A DNA stretch of 64,000 bases, taken from an uncultured Candidatus Saccharibacteria bacterium (GTDB lineage: Bacteria; Patescibacteriota; Minisyncoccia; Phycocordibacterales; CAIZLB01). Below are positions 18,196 to 28,367 of the stretch, piece by piece. The stretch spans positions 71,896 to 135,895 of the forward strand of contig CAYXQC010000001.1 of the NCBI GenBank assembly GCA_964467385.1, given 5' to 3'. The notes under the pieces were generated by a model, which saw only the letters and a list, made by a program, of their open reading frames with translations, was not told the DNA's origin and made no database searches. The position numbers were made by a program, and so were the translations under genes. The stretch's first letter is position 1. Each line of letters begins with the position of its first letter.

Positions 18196-21100
18196 TTAAT
18201 TCATCACCTTTATAGTATCAACAATAAGGCTCGGTGTACCGTTTCTGCTTGAGGTTTTAGCTTTGATGGCTACACATTTTTCAGGTACCAAGATTGATTT
18301 GAATTGTTCGTATGTTTTTGGAAACACTACTACTTCGATCGAGCCAGTAAAATCAGCCAATTTCAAAAACATCATACGAACTGATGGATCTTTTTTTGTG
18401 GCAATTTCTTTTACTTCTTCGATGATACCTGCAACTACAACTTGTCGCTCGCGTGGCTGGTTTGCTGCCATTTGTTTTTTCCATGCTTCTTTATCGAATC
18501 GTTTTTTAGGTGCATTTGGATCAACTTTCTTTTTTGGCTTAATTCCATTAGCCTCATCTTCTGCGACTTTGGCTGCTTCAGCTGCTACTTTCTCAGCAGC
18601 CTTTTCTTCATCAGTTTTAATACCATTGGCAATCTGGAATTCGCGCCGCTGTCGGTCCATTGAATCTTTAACGGCTTGAGCCTCAGCTTCTTTGGCTTGC
18701 TTTTGGGCGAATTCTTCGGCATCTTGTTCGATTAGTTTTCGCAGTTTGAAAATATTTGTGTCGCGCTTATCAAGAACCTCGCGGTATTTATCAAGTGGGT
18801 GACCTGAAATGTACAAACCAAGAAGTTCTTTTTCCCAACCGAGTTTTTCTGTTTGCGTTGCCTTGTCAGCATCTTTCAGTTTCAGGTGTTGCACTGGACT
18901 TCCGTCGCTGTCACCAAACATTCCAAAGAGTGAGTCCTGGTTGTCTGGAAGTTTTGTTCGCTCTCGGTTGTAGTCGAGCATATCTTGGAGATTAGCGAGC
19001 ATAATTCCTCGTTCACCGAATTCATCCATGGCTCCTGCTTTGATCAAAGATTCGAGAGATTTTTTGTTTAAATTTTTATCTTTAATTCTATTTAAGAAAT
19101 CTTCGAGGTGTTTAAACTTACCGCCCGTTTTTCGCTCTTTAATGATGACAGATGCAATACCTTCACCGAAATTTTTAATACTAAAAAGTCCGAAACGAAT
19201 AGTGTTTTCCGCAACTACACCGAAATTTCCAAAACTTTCATTTACATTTGGCGGAAGCACTTTGATCTTCATTCGCTCACATTCTTTTACGGAAATAGAA
19301 ACTTTTTCTACGTCGCCTGACTCGTGAGTAAGTACGGCACTCATGTATTCAGCCGGCCAGTTAGCTTTGAGATATGCGGTAATATATGCCACTCGTCCAT
19401 ACGAAACTGAGTGTGCTTTGTTGAAACCGTATGATGCAAACGGTTCGATCTTTGCCCACACTTCTTCGGCACGTTCTTTTGTCCATTTACTGTGCTCCAT
19501 GCAACCCTTGATAAATTTTTCTCGCTGGAGGGCCATTTCCTCTGGAATCTTTTTACCTACAGCTTTTCGGAATTTATCTACTTCACCCCAGCTATATCCA
19601 GCAAGTTTGTGGGCCATCATCAAGAGATCGTCTTGGTACACCAAAACACCAAAAGTTTTCTTCAAAATTTCATAAACATCTGGGTCCATTGGCGGAATTT
19701 TCGAAGGGTCATGCTTTCGTGCAATGTAGTCGGGGATGAACTGCAAAGGTCCTGGTCGATACAAAGCTACCATCGCGTTGATGTCGTGGATGTTTGTTGG
19801 TTTCAATTCCTTCAAAAATCGTGTCATACCGTCACCGTTCAATTGGAACAAGTCTTCAGTCTCTCCGCGCTTTAACATGTCATATGTCTTTTGATCATCA
19901 AGTGGAATGGTATCGAGATCAATTTTCAAACCTGTGACAGTTGAACCATCAGGCTTTGTATACACTGTATTTTTATTTCGCGCTTCTGCGATTTCGATAG
20001 CATCGGCAATGATTGAAAGGTTTTTGAGACCTAGGAAGTCAAACTTCAAAAGGCCTGCATCCTCGATTGAGTACATGTCGTACTGCGTGATGATCTTATT
20101 TTCACCTTTTGGATCGTACTGAAGGGGAGTATAGTCTGTGATTTCAGTTGGTGAAATTACTACACCAGCCGCGTGAATACCCATGTGCCGTGCACAACCT
20201 TCAATCTTTTCAGCCATGTCGATGATTTTTTTAACATCTTCATTTGAGTCATAAAACTCTTTGAGTTCAGGAACGGTTTTTAGTGCAAGCTCAATGGTCA
20301 TCGGAAATCCTTGCTTGCCCATTGGGATTTGTTTAGCTATCTGGTCACCAAGTGCATGCGGATATCCAAGTGCTCGCGTCACATCACGCACTGATCCTCG
20401 AGCGGCCATGGTTCCGAATGTTCCAATCTGTGCCACTTTATCCTCGCCGTATTTTTTACGGGCATAAGATACCATTTCATCACGGCGGTTATCGGCGTAG
20501 TCCATATCGATATCGGGAGCGGATGGTCGGTCAGGATTGAGGAATCGCTCGAATGGAATTTCGTATTCAAGCGGGTCAATATTTGTAATACCAGAAAGGT
20601 ATGTCACCATCGAGCCGGATACCGAACCTCTAATATTAGAGAGGATGTTATGCTCACGGGCATATTTCAAGAGGTCGGCTACTACAAGAAAGTATGGCGC
20701 ATACCCTTTATTACGGATAACTTCAAGTTCGTATTCAACTCGCTTGAGAACATCTGGAGTTTTTTCAACATTTCTCCGTTCAAAGCCGGCATATACAATT
20801 TTTTTCAAATATTCATCGTATGGTTTTTCAGCATTTTTAAATTCTTCATCTATTTCTATCTTAGGGAATACCCATTTTCCAAGAACAATTTCAAGTGTGC
20901 ATCGATCAGCAATGATACCGGTATTTTCACAAGCATCCTTGTACTCGGCGAGCATCTCATACATTTCATCAGGACTTTTGAAAGAGAAATCACCCTCGTC
21001 ATCTTCAACGGGTCCGCTACCGATTTTTTGTACAGAAAGAAGGGTAGTTCGTGCTTTTTTGTCGTCAGGGTCGAGATAGAAGATGTTGTGTGCACCTACG

Positions 21101-21732
21101 AGCGGCACTCCGGTTTCTTCAGCAATTTTAGCCATACGATCCATAGAAGTTTTATGATCCTCAAGGTCGTCGTGTCGCGTAACTTCAATAAAAAGATTAC
21201 TTTCTTTTGGATCAGTTGAGGTGCCAAATACAGATTTATAATATTCAATTACGCGTTTTGCCTCGTCTATATTATTTGTACGCGCAAAAGAAACAGCTTC
21301 ACCACCAAATGATGGCATAATAGCAATCAACCCTTCTTTGTATTTTTCAATAAGTTCTTTGTCGATTCGTGGGCGATAATAGAAACCCTCAAAGTTTGAG
21401 AGTGTTACGAGTTGCTTTAGATTTTCGTAACCGATTGAATCTTTTGCAATCAAGAGAAGTTTTTTGCTTCGGTTATCGATTCTTGGTTCCTTGTCGTGAC
21501 GGGTTCTGGTTGCCACGAAAAAATCCACACCGATAATCGGCTTCATGGCAGTTTTTGGATTGGCACATTCTTTTACGAACTCTATGGCGCCGTAGAGGTT
21601 ACCATTGTCGGTGATGGCGAGAGCATCCATACCGTAACCCTTGGCTTTTTTGAGCATGTCTGGAATCTTCGGAAGTGCCTGAAGGAGACTATAATGAGTA
21701 TGCGTATGTAGGTGTACGAAACGTTTAGACAT
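18196..21732 (-). CDS. dnaE: DNA polymerase III alpha subunit
   Basis: FVHLHTHTHYS PHP start, FERFLNPDRPSAPDIDMD, GLLKFDFLGL, YGFNKAHS, EKELLGLYISGHP and C-terminal OB fold. Confidence 0.97.
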   Translation of the reverse strand: MSKRFVHLHTHTHYSLLQALPKIPDMLKKAKGYGMDALAITDNGNLYGAIEFVKECANPKTAMKPIIGVDFFVATRTRHDKEPRIDNRSKKLLLIAKDSIGYENLKQLVTLSNFEGFYYRPRIDKELIEKYKEGLIAIMPSFGGEAVSFARTNNIDEAKRVIEYYKSVFGTSTDPKESNLFIEVTRHDDLEDHKTSMDRMAKIAEETGVPLVGAHNIFYLDPDDKKARTTLLSVQKIGSGPVEDDEGDFSFKSPDEMYEMLAEYKDACENTGIIADRCTLEIVLGKWVFPKIEIDEEFKNAEKPYDEYLKKIVYAGFERRNVEKTPDVLKRVEYELEVIRNKGYAPYFLVVADLLKYAREHNILSNIRGSVSGSMVTYLSGITNIDPLEYEIPFERFLNPDRPSAPDIDMDYADNRRDEMVSYARKKYGEDKVAQIGTFGTMAARGSVRDVTRALGYPHALGDQIAKQIPMGKQGFPMTIELALKTVPELKEFYDSNEDVKKIIDMAEKIEGCARHMGIHAAGVVISPTEITDYTPLQYDPKGENKIITQYDMYSIEDAGLLKFDFLGLKNLSIIADAIEIAEARNKNTVYTKPDGSTVTGLKIDLDTIPLDDQKTYDMLKRGETEDLFQLNGDGMTRFLKELKPTNIHDINAMVALYRPGPLQFIPDYIARKHDPSKIPPMDPDVYEILKKTFGVLVYQDDLLMMAHKLAGYSWGEVDKFRKAVGKKIPEEMALQREKFIKGCMEHSKWTKERAEEVWAKIEPFASYGFNKAHSVSYGRVAYITAYLKANWPAEYMSAVLTHESGDVEKVSISVKECERMKIKVLPPNVNESFGNFGVVAENTIRFGLFSIKNFGEGIASVIIKERKTGGKFKHLEDFLNRIKDKNLNKKSLESLIKAGAMDEFGERGIMLANLQDMLDYNRERTKLPDNQDSLFGMFGDSDGSPVQHLKLKDADKATQTEKLGWEKELLGLYISGHPLDKYREVLDKRDTNIFKLRKLIEQDAEEFAQKQAKEAEAQAVKDSMDRQRREFQIANGIKTDEEKAAEKVAAEAAKVAEDEANGIKPKKKVDPNAPKKRFDKEAWKKQMAANQPRERQVVVAGIIEEVKEIATKKDPSVRMMFLKLADFTGSIEVVVFPKTYEQFKSILVPEKCVAIKAKTSSRNGTPSLIVDTIKVMN

Positions 21733-21897
21733 ATATATGTTCCTGCGGTGCCAAGGCCTAGCCTTGCAAAGAGGATTAAAATGTTAAAATTGGTATGCTT
21801 CCATTATACTCGGGTTTTGGTGAAATGAGAAACTGTGGAAAATTGATAAGGTTACTGAATATGTGAAAGGTGTTGATGATTTTGCACGAATTTAAAT

Positions 21898-22635
21898 ATG
21901 AAGAAAAACTCAAAAAAATATCAAAAAACTGCTAAGACCTCAAAAACTGTGGAGTATGTTTTAGGTGTTGATGAAGTTGGTCGGGGACCGCTCGCAGGTC
22001 CTGTGACTGTTTGTGTGTCAATGATTCGAAAAGGGCCTTTTGAAAAACTATATGAAAAAAGATTGAAATCAGAATTGAAAAGAATTTCAGGTACTGCGTA
22101 TCCGATCGGTAAAGATTCTAAAAAAATGAAAGAGAACGAGAGAGAGTTTTGGTTCGAATATTTACGTGTTTTTGAAAAGCTCGGTGATGTTTCGTTTTTT
22201 GTTGGTTCAAAAACTGCCAAGCAAATTGATCAAAAGGGGATTGCTGTTTGTATTCAGGAACTTGTGGATGAGCTTGTTGGGTGGGCTTATGAAAAAGCTA
22301 CAGATAGTGCAGCTAGTGTAGCTGAAAAAAATTCCAATGCGCAAATTTCACTCCTTGCCGACGGTGGATTAAAAGCGCTTCGAACACTCGATAAAATTCA
22401 CTCACAAAAAATTATTATAAAAGGAGATGAAAAAGAATTTGCCATATCAATTGCGTCTGTATACGCAAAGGTGACTCGTGATCGTTACATGAAGAAATTA
22501 TCAAAAAATTCTAAATATTCGCACTATAAATTTGATATCCATAAAGGGTATGGAACCTTGGCGCACCGAACTGTTATGATCGGACAAGGTTTATCTGATC
22601 AACATAGGAAGAGTTTCTGTAAGCGATTCGTCTAG
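21898..22635 (+). CDS. rnhB: Ribonuclease HII
   Basis: GVDEVGRGPLAGPV, DSKK, KGD..SIASVYAKVTRD and HKGYGT. Confidence 0.95.
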   Translation: MKKNSKKYQKTAKTSKTVEYVLGVDEVGRGPLAGPVTVCVSMIRKGPFEKLYEKRLKSELKRISGTAYPIGKDSKKMKENEREFWFEYLRVFEKLGDVSFFVGSKTAKQIDQKGIAVCIQELVDELVGWAYEKATDSAASVAEKNSNAQISLLADGGLKALRTLDKIHSQKIIIKGDEKEFAISIASVYAKVTRDRYMKKLSKNSKYSHYKFDIHKGYGTLAHRTVMIGQGLSDQHRKSFCKRFV

Positions 22636-22801
22636 AAGGCAGTTCTTTTGTATACAATAATTGTTATCTACGATCTTTTGCACAAAACCTATATTCATAG
22701 TATGATAGGGTCGTTCCTAGTTTCTCAAGAGCCAGCGGTATCGTTGGGCAAAAGAGGGTCGGCTACGGATACATTTATATCAATACCCAATTAAGTACCA
22801 A

Positions 22802-23113
22802 ATGGCAAAAAAACTATATGTTGGAAACCTCGCATGGGCGACTACTTCTGACAGCCTTAAGGATGCTTTCTCACAGGCAGGCGAAGTTATCTCAGCTCTC
22901 GTAATGACAGACAAGATGACTGGCCGATCACGAGGCTTCGGTTTCGTGGAAGTTCCAGATGAAGTTGCAGACGCTGCAATCTCTATGTGGAATGGTAAAG
23001 ATCTCGACGGACGAGCTATCATCGTAAATGAAGCACGACCTATGACAGATCGACCTGCAGGAGATCGTCCTCGACGAGACTTCGGTGACCGAGGTCCTCG
23101 ACGAAGCTTCTAA
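22802..23113 (+). CDS. RRM-domain RNA-binding protein
   Basis: RNP2 KLYVGNL, RNP1 RGFGFVE, IVNEARP and Arg/Gly/Asp-rich tail. Confidence 0.95.
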   Translation: MAKKLYVGNLAWATTSDSLKDAFSQAGEVISALVMTDKMTGRSRGFGFVEVPDEVADAAISMWNGKDLDGRAIIVNEARPMTDRPAGDRPRRDFGDRGPRRSF

Positions 23114-23186
23114 TGTCTTCGGGCTTGTCCCGAACTTAGAAACAATCTTTCTTATCAGCCTGGTCTGCATCTCAGATTAGGTAAGG

Positions 23187-23234
23187 CAGAAAACAAAAAC
23201 ACCATCTCGAAAGAGGTGGTGTTTTTGTTTTCTG
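23187..23234. terminator. Long bidirectional terminator hairpin
   Basis: CAGAAAACAAAAACACCATCTC-GAAA-GAGGTGGTGTTTTTGTTTTCTG. Confidence 0.85.
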
Positions 23235-23380
23235 TATTTCCTTTAGTGAGGAGCATCAAGGCGTAATAGCCTCAATGGTAAAAAATAATTCTTAGATGAG
23301 TTGCTTGAAACTTGCAAACTGCAGTGAGCAGAGGAAAATCTCAGGAGAGATTTTCTGTTTTCATGCAACGAAGAGAAGAA

Positions 23381-25177
23381 TTATTTTTTACCATTTCTAT
23401 CTCTCTCAGTCTTCGTCAAAAACTTCTTTCGAATTCGTACGTTTGTTGGAGTAATTTCCAAGTATTCGTCTTCGTTAATGAGTTCAAGACCTCGTTCGAT
23501 GGTGATTTCAAGTGGAGGAACTAGATAAGTTGTATCGTCAGTTCCTGAAGCTCGCATGTTTGTAAGCTGCTTTCCTTTAGTTGGGTTTACTTCCATTTCT
23601 TCACCCTTTGATGTGTTACCGACAACCATACCGCCGTACACTTCTGTACCGTGACCGATATAGAGAATACCTCGTGTTTGAAGATTACCGAGCGCGAATG
23701 TCACGGCCTTACCATTTTCCATAGAAATCATAGAACCTACTTCTCGCTTTTCAATCACGCCGGCATGTTCTCGGAATTCAATAAATCGTGATGACATAAT
23801 CCCTTCACCCTTCGTATCCACAACAAATTGGCTTCGATAACCGAGAAGTCCTCGAGTTGGAATATCAAATGTAAGTCGAGTCACGCCATTATCCTGCTTC
23901 ATTGAAGTCATGATACCTTTTCGCTTACCGATTTTTTCGATCACAGTTCCTGAAAATTCATCAGGTGTATCGATCACAAGTTCTTCATACGGTTCTGATT
24001 TAACACCATTGATATCTTTCAAAATTACTTCAGGTTGTGACACTTGAATTTCATAGCCTTCTCGTCGCATTTGTTCAAGAAGAATGGCAATGTGAAGTTC
24101 ACCTCGTCCATATACTTTCATTCGGTCTCCGTCAAAATCAACTTTAAGACCAACGTTCACCTCGAGTTCTTTTTCAAGTCGATCTCGAATCTGTCGGCTT
24201 GTTACAAATTTTCCTTCTCGTCCAGCAAAAGGAGAGTCGTTCACAAGGAAGTTCAAAGAGATGGTTGGTTCATCGATAGAAATAGTAGGAAGCGATGGGG
24301 TATCAGCACTGTCTGTGATTGTGTCACCGATGTAAATATTTGTGAGCCCTGCGATCATGGCAACATCGCCTGAGATAGCTTCAGCTGCTTCGATTTTACC
24401 CATACCTTGGAATGTGAAAAGTTTTACAACTCGTCCTTGTTCAACAGATCCATCAGGTTTTTTCACAAAAACATTTTGATTGGTTTTGATTTTTCCTTTC
24501 CAAATTCGGGCAACCGCTAGTCGTCCGAGGAAATTGTCATATGCAAGGTTGAATGGCTGAGCCACGAGTGGTTCATTGCTTTCATCTTTTGCAGGCTGAA
24601 CTTTGTCGAGAATCATTTCAAAGAGAGGATCAAAGTCAGCAAAAGTATCAGTGAGATTAATCTTTGCAACACCGTCTCGTCCAATCGCATAAACCATAGG
24701 GAAGTCGAGCTGTGCATCATCGGCACCAAGTTCCATAAAGAGTTCGAGCACTTCATCGTGTACTCGGCCAGGATTTGCTGCAGGCTTATCAAGTTTATTC
24801 AAAATCACGATTGGTTTAAGACCAAGTTCGATAGACTTTTTCAAAACGAATCGTGTCTGAGGCATTGGACCTTCTTGAGCGTCCACTACGAGGAGTACAC
24901 AGTCGATAGATCGAAGAATTCGTTCTACTTCAGAACCGAAATCGGCGTGACCTGGCGTGTCGATGATGTTGATTTTGTGTTCCTGACCAGTTTTTTTGCT
25001 CTTATATATAAGAGAAGCATTCTTGGCGTAAATAGTAATACCTCGCTCTTGTTCAAGGGCGTTTGAGTCCATAGAGCTGGCATCTTTTACCATGCCTGTG
25101 TATTTCATCATCGAGTCTACGATGGTTGTCTTTCCGTGGTCTACATGAGCGATAATGGCGATGTTTCGAATGTCCAT
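23381..25177 (-). CDS. typA: Translational GTPase TypA/BipA
   Basis: IRNIAIIAHVDHGKTT, DTPGHADFG, GPMPQTRFVL, GRGELH and PTRGLLG. Confidence 0.97.
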   Translation of the reverse strand: MDIRNIAIIAHVDHGKTTIVDSMMKYTGMVKDASSMDSNALEQERGITIYAKNASLIYKSKKTGQEHKINIIDTPGHADFGSEVERILRSIDCVLLVVDAQEGPMPQTRFVLKKSIELGLKPIVILNKLDKPAANPGRVHDEVLELFMELGADDAQLDFPMVYAIGRDGVAKINLTDTFADFDPLFEMILDKVQPAKDESNEPLVAQPFNLAYDNFLGRLAVARIWKGKIKTNQNVFVKKPDGSVEQGRVVKLFTFQGMGKIEAAEAISGDVAMIAGLTNIYIGDTITDSADTPSLPTISIDEPTISLNFLVNDSPFAGREGKFVTSRQIRDRLEKELEVNVGLKVDFDGDRMKVYGRGELHIAILLEQMRREGYEIQVSQPEVILKDINGVKSEPYEELVIDTPDEFSGTVIEKIGKRKGIMTSMKQDNGVTRLTFDIPTRGLLGYRSQFVVDTKGEGIMSSRFIEFREHAGVIEKREVGSMISMENGKAVTFALGNLQTRGILYIGHGTEVYGGMVVGNTSKGEEMEVNPTKGKQLTNMRASGTDDTTYLVPPLEITIERGLELINEDEYLEITPTNVRIRKKFLTKTERDRNGKK

Positions 25178-25417
25178 AATAATGTGTAATATTGGTTAAT
25201 AGGCGCGGCGACTTGGCTAATTTGATTTGCGTAGGCGAGCGATTTTTGTGAATAAAAATGACCCGCACTGCGTGGTCTAAGTGACATTGATTAAAGCATT
25301 ATTTAGAGTTTGGTGCAAGGTATGGATTGACATATTGTATTTAAATGATTTACTTTGTCAGAAATACGGATCTCCAGGTATGTACCTGAAGAGTAATGAT
25401 CAAAACCATGATATATT

Positions 25418-26989
25418 ATGAGTATGAAAAATAAACTCAGTTCATTAAAGAATTTATTAAAGAAAAAGCGCATACTGATTCCGCTCATTCTTGTTTTGCT
25501 CGGCGTAGGTTATGTTGTGTTTGGAAAAAGTGGCACAGATAGTGAAGATATTGTCACAGTTCAGTCTTCAACTTTCATTCAGGAGGTTTCAGTAACTGGA
25601 AAAGTTGTTGCTGCACAAGATGTTGATATGGCATTTGAAACATCTGGTAGAGTTTCTCGGGTAAATGTCAAAGTTGGTGACATCGTCAAGACTGGTCAGG
25701 TTCTGGCAAGTGTTGGCAGTGGTGACCAATATGCAACTGTACTCCAACGGCAGGCTCGAGTGGATTCTGAAGCAGCAAAACTTGCTGAAATTCAGCGTGG
25801 GTCTCGAACAGAAGATATCTCTATTGCACAAACAGAGGCTGACGGTGCACGTATTACACGAGATCAAAATCTTCAATCTCTTGTAGATCAAATAAAAGAT
25901 TCATATTCAAAAGTTGATGATGCTGTTCGAAGCAAAGCCGATCAGCTTTTCAAAAATCCGCGAAGTGTAAATCCAGAAGTTGTCTCTTTTGATAATTATC
26001 AGCTCCGAATTTCTGTAAATGATCAGCGAGTGAAAATTGGTGAAATGCTTGATGTGTGGGCTAAATCAGTTGCTGCACTTACTGTCTCAAATTATTCTGA
26101 AAATTATATAAATGAAGCACGGATCAATCTGGCTATTGCTCGAAGTTTTTTCAATGATCTTGGTGCGGGTGTGGCAATCCTTACTGCAAGCGACGCAGTG
26201 CCACAAACAACTATTGATAAATATAAATCAGATATCTCATCCGCTCGAACATCTGTCGCTTCATCTATCACATCTCTAGCTTCAGCTGAACAAACATACA
26301 AGTCGAGTATCACAGCGTACGCTCGAGCTCAAGATCAATTGGCGCTAAAAAAGGCTGGTTCGACGATCGAACAGATAAATTCACAGCAAGCAATTCTAAA
26401 AAGTGCACAAGCTGATCTACAAAGTGCTCAAGCACTTTTAGCAAAAACAAACATCACTGCGCCATTTGATGGAATTGTGACAAAAGTTGATACAAAAGTT
26501 GGTGAAATTGCCAGTGTTAATACAAATGTAATCGCTATGATAAGCGCGTCTTCGTATGAAGTCGAAAGTCATATTTCAGAAACAGATATTGCAAAAGTAC
26601 AAGTTGGACAGCCTGCACGTATTACACTCGACGCATATGGAAAAGATATTATTTTCTTGGCAACTGTTGTACAGGTTGATCCAGCAGAAACTGTTCTAGA
26701 TGGTGTGTCAACATATAAAACAAAATTACAATTTAATTCGACTGATAATAGGATTCGTTCAGGTATGACTGCTAATATCACGATTCAAACTGCTGAAAAA
26801 CCATCATCTGTTGTTGTCCCACAAGAGGCGTTGTTTCTTGAAGCTGGTGAAAAGATGGTCACCATTGATCAGGCTGGTAATCGTGTGAAGCGAAAAGTTG
26901 AAACAGGTGGCATTAATTCAGAAGGTAAAATTGAAATAATTTCAGGTATTTCAGTGGGTGAGCGAGTGGTAGTGAAAAAGTCAGAGTAG
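25418..26989 (+). CDS. MacA/HlyD-like membrane fusion (adaptor) subunit with long coiled coil
   Basis: N-terminal TM, lipoyl-like SGRVSRVNVKVGDIVKTGQVLA and ITAPFDGIV, IRSGMTA. Start may be ATG 25424. Confidence 0.88.
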   Translation: MSMKNKLSSLKNLLKKKRILIPLILVLLGVGYVVFGKSGTDSEDIVTVQSSTFIQEVSVTGKVVAAQDVDMAFETSGRVSRVNVKVGDIVKTGQVLASVGSGDQYATVLQRQARVDSEAAKLAEIQRGSRTEDISIAQTEADGARITRDQNLQSLVDQIKDSYSKVDDAVRSKADQLFKNPRSVNPEVVSFDNYQLRISVNDQRVKIGEMLDVWAKSVAALTVSNYSENYINEARINLAIARSFFNDLGAGVAILTASDAVPQTTIDKYKSDISSARTSVASSITSLASAEQTYKSSITAYARAQDQLALKKAGSTIEQINSQQAILKSAQADLQSAQALLAKTNITAPFDGIVTKVDTKVGEIASVNTNVIAMISASSYEVESHISETDIAKVQVGQPARITLDAYGKDIIFLATVVQVDPAETVLDGVSTYKTKLQFNSTDNRIRSGMTANITIQTAEKPSSVVVPQEALFLEAGEKMVTIDQAGNRVKRKVETGGINSEGKIEIISGISVGERVVVKKSE

Positions 26990-27035
26990 TGTATCTCTGC
27001 GCTTTTAGGTGAATTTTGTTCAAAAACGCTAAAAT

Positions 27036-28319
27036 ATGGAACGAAAAAATAAATCATTAGGAAACAAAAATGTGTGGCGGGTAGGAATTTTCTTATCCTA
27101 TCGGCAGATTAAGCGTGCCAGTCTTTGGACTACTACACTTATTATTGCTGTTATGACGCTTACATTTCTTAATCTTGTAGTGGTGAATGGTGTACTTGTC
27201 GGACTTATTCAAAGTTCTGTTGAAGCACAGCGAGAACGAGGGACCGGTGATGTCATCGTGACAAAACTTCAACAAAAGAATCAGATTGAGCGAAGCCAGG
27301 ATATTCTTAATGTGCTCCATGGTATCTCTGATGTTGCAAAAGTGTCACCACGATACACTGCTGGTGGAACTTTGAATGCTGATTATCGACGACTTCTTCG
27401 ACAAGATGAAACTCCAAACAAATTAAGTGCAAATTTTGTAGGAGTTGATCCAATCGTTGAGGATAGTATCACCGATATCTCAAAGTATATTATCGAAGGT
27501 GCGTATCTTCAGGATAATGATGTTGACGGTATAGTCATTGGTGCGAACTTCCTGTACAAATATACGCCGATTGAAACTGCTGGTTTCCAAACGCTCAAAG
27601 ATATTTCGATTGGTCAAAAGCTAAAACTTACAATCAATGGTAATTCAAAAGAAGTGATTGTGCGTGGTGTGATTAAATCTAAAGTTGATGACAATGACTT
27701 CCGTGTATTTATGCTTGGAAGTGAGCTTCGAAAACTGATCGGCCGACCGGATATGAATGTAGATGAAATTGCTGTAAAGCTTTTACCTGGCGCAAATGAG
27801 CAGGATGCTCTTCGTGTAAAACAGCTTCTTTTGAATAACAATTTCGAAGATTCTGCTAAGATTCAGACATTCGTCGAAGCTCAGCCGAAATTTCTCAAAG
27901 ATATCGCGGCTACTTTTGGACTCCTTGGTAACATGATAGGAACAATTGGTCTTGCGGTTGCATCGATCACTATCTTCATTGTAATTTTCGTAAATGCACT
28001 CACTCGCCGAAAGTTCATCGGAATCTTGAAAGGTATTGGTGTGCATCCAAAATCAATCGAGGTGTCATATATTATTCAATCAATTTTTTATGCAACAACA
28101 GGGTCGGTGATCGGGCTTATTATGCTGTATGGGTTCCTGGTGCCATTTATTGATGCTCATCCAATCAACTTCCCATTTAGCGATGGTATTCTGTACGCAC
28201 CAGTGTTTGGTACAATGCTTCGTGTAGTTGCGCTTCTTATAACCACAATCATTGCTGGTTATATTCCTGCGCGCATGATTGTTAAGAAGAATACACTTGA
28301 TGCGATTTTGGGTAGGTAG
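27036..28319 (+). CDS. FtsX/LolE/MacB-type ABC permease
   Basis: One TM, a large extracytoplasmic domain, then three TMs. RRKFIGILKGIG motif. Confidence 0.88.
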   Translation: MERKNKSLGNKNVWRVGIFLSYRQIKRASLWTTTLIIAVMTLTFLNLVVVNGVLVGLIQSSVEAQRERGTGDVIVTKLQQKNQIERSQDILNVLHGISDVAKVSPRYTAGGTLNADYRRLLRQDETPNKLSANFVGVDPIVEDSITDISKYIIEGAYLQDNDVDGIVIGANFLYKYTPIETAGFQTLKDISIGQKLKLTINGNSKEVIVRGVIKSKVDDNDFRVFMLGSELRKLIGRPDMNVDEIAVKLLPGANEQDALRVKQLLLNNNFEDSAKIQTFVEAQPKFLKDIAATFGLLGNMIGTIGLAVASITIFIVIFVNALTRRKFIGILKGIGVHPKSIEVSYIIQSIFYATTGSVIGLIMLYGFLVPFIDAHPINFPFSDGILYAPVFGTMLRVVALLITTIIAGYIPARMIVKKNTLDAILGR

Positions 28320-28367
28320 AAGAATATGTCACTATGAAATTTACATGAAAATTTTCTAAATAAAAAC

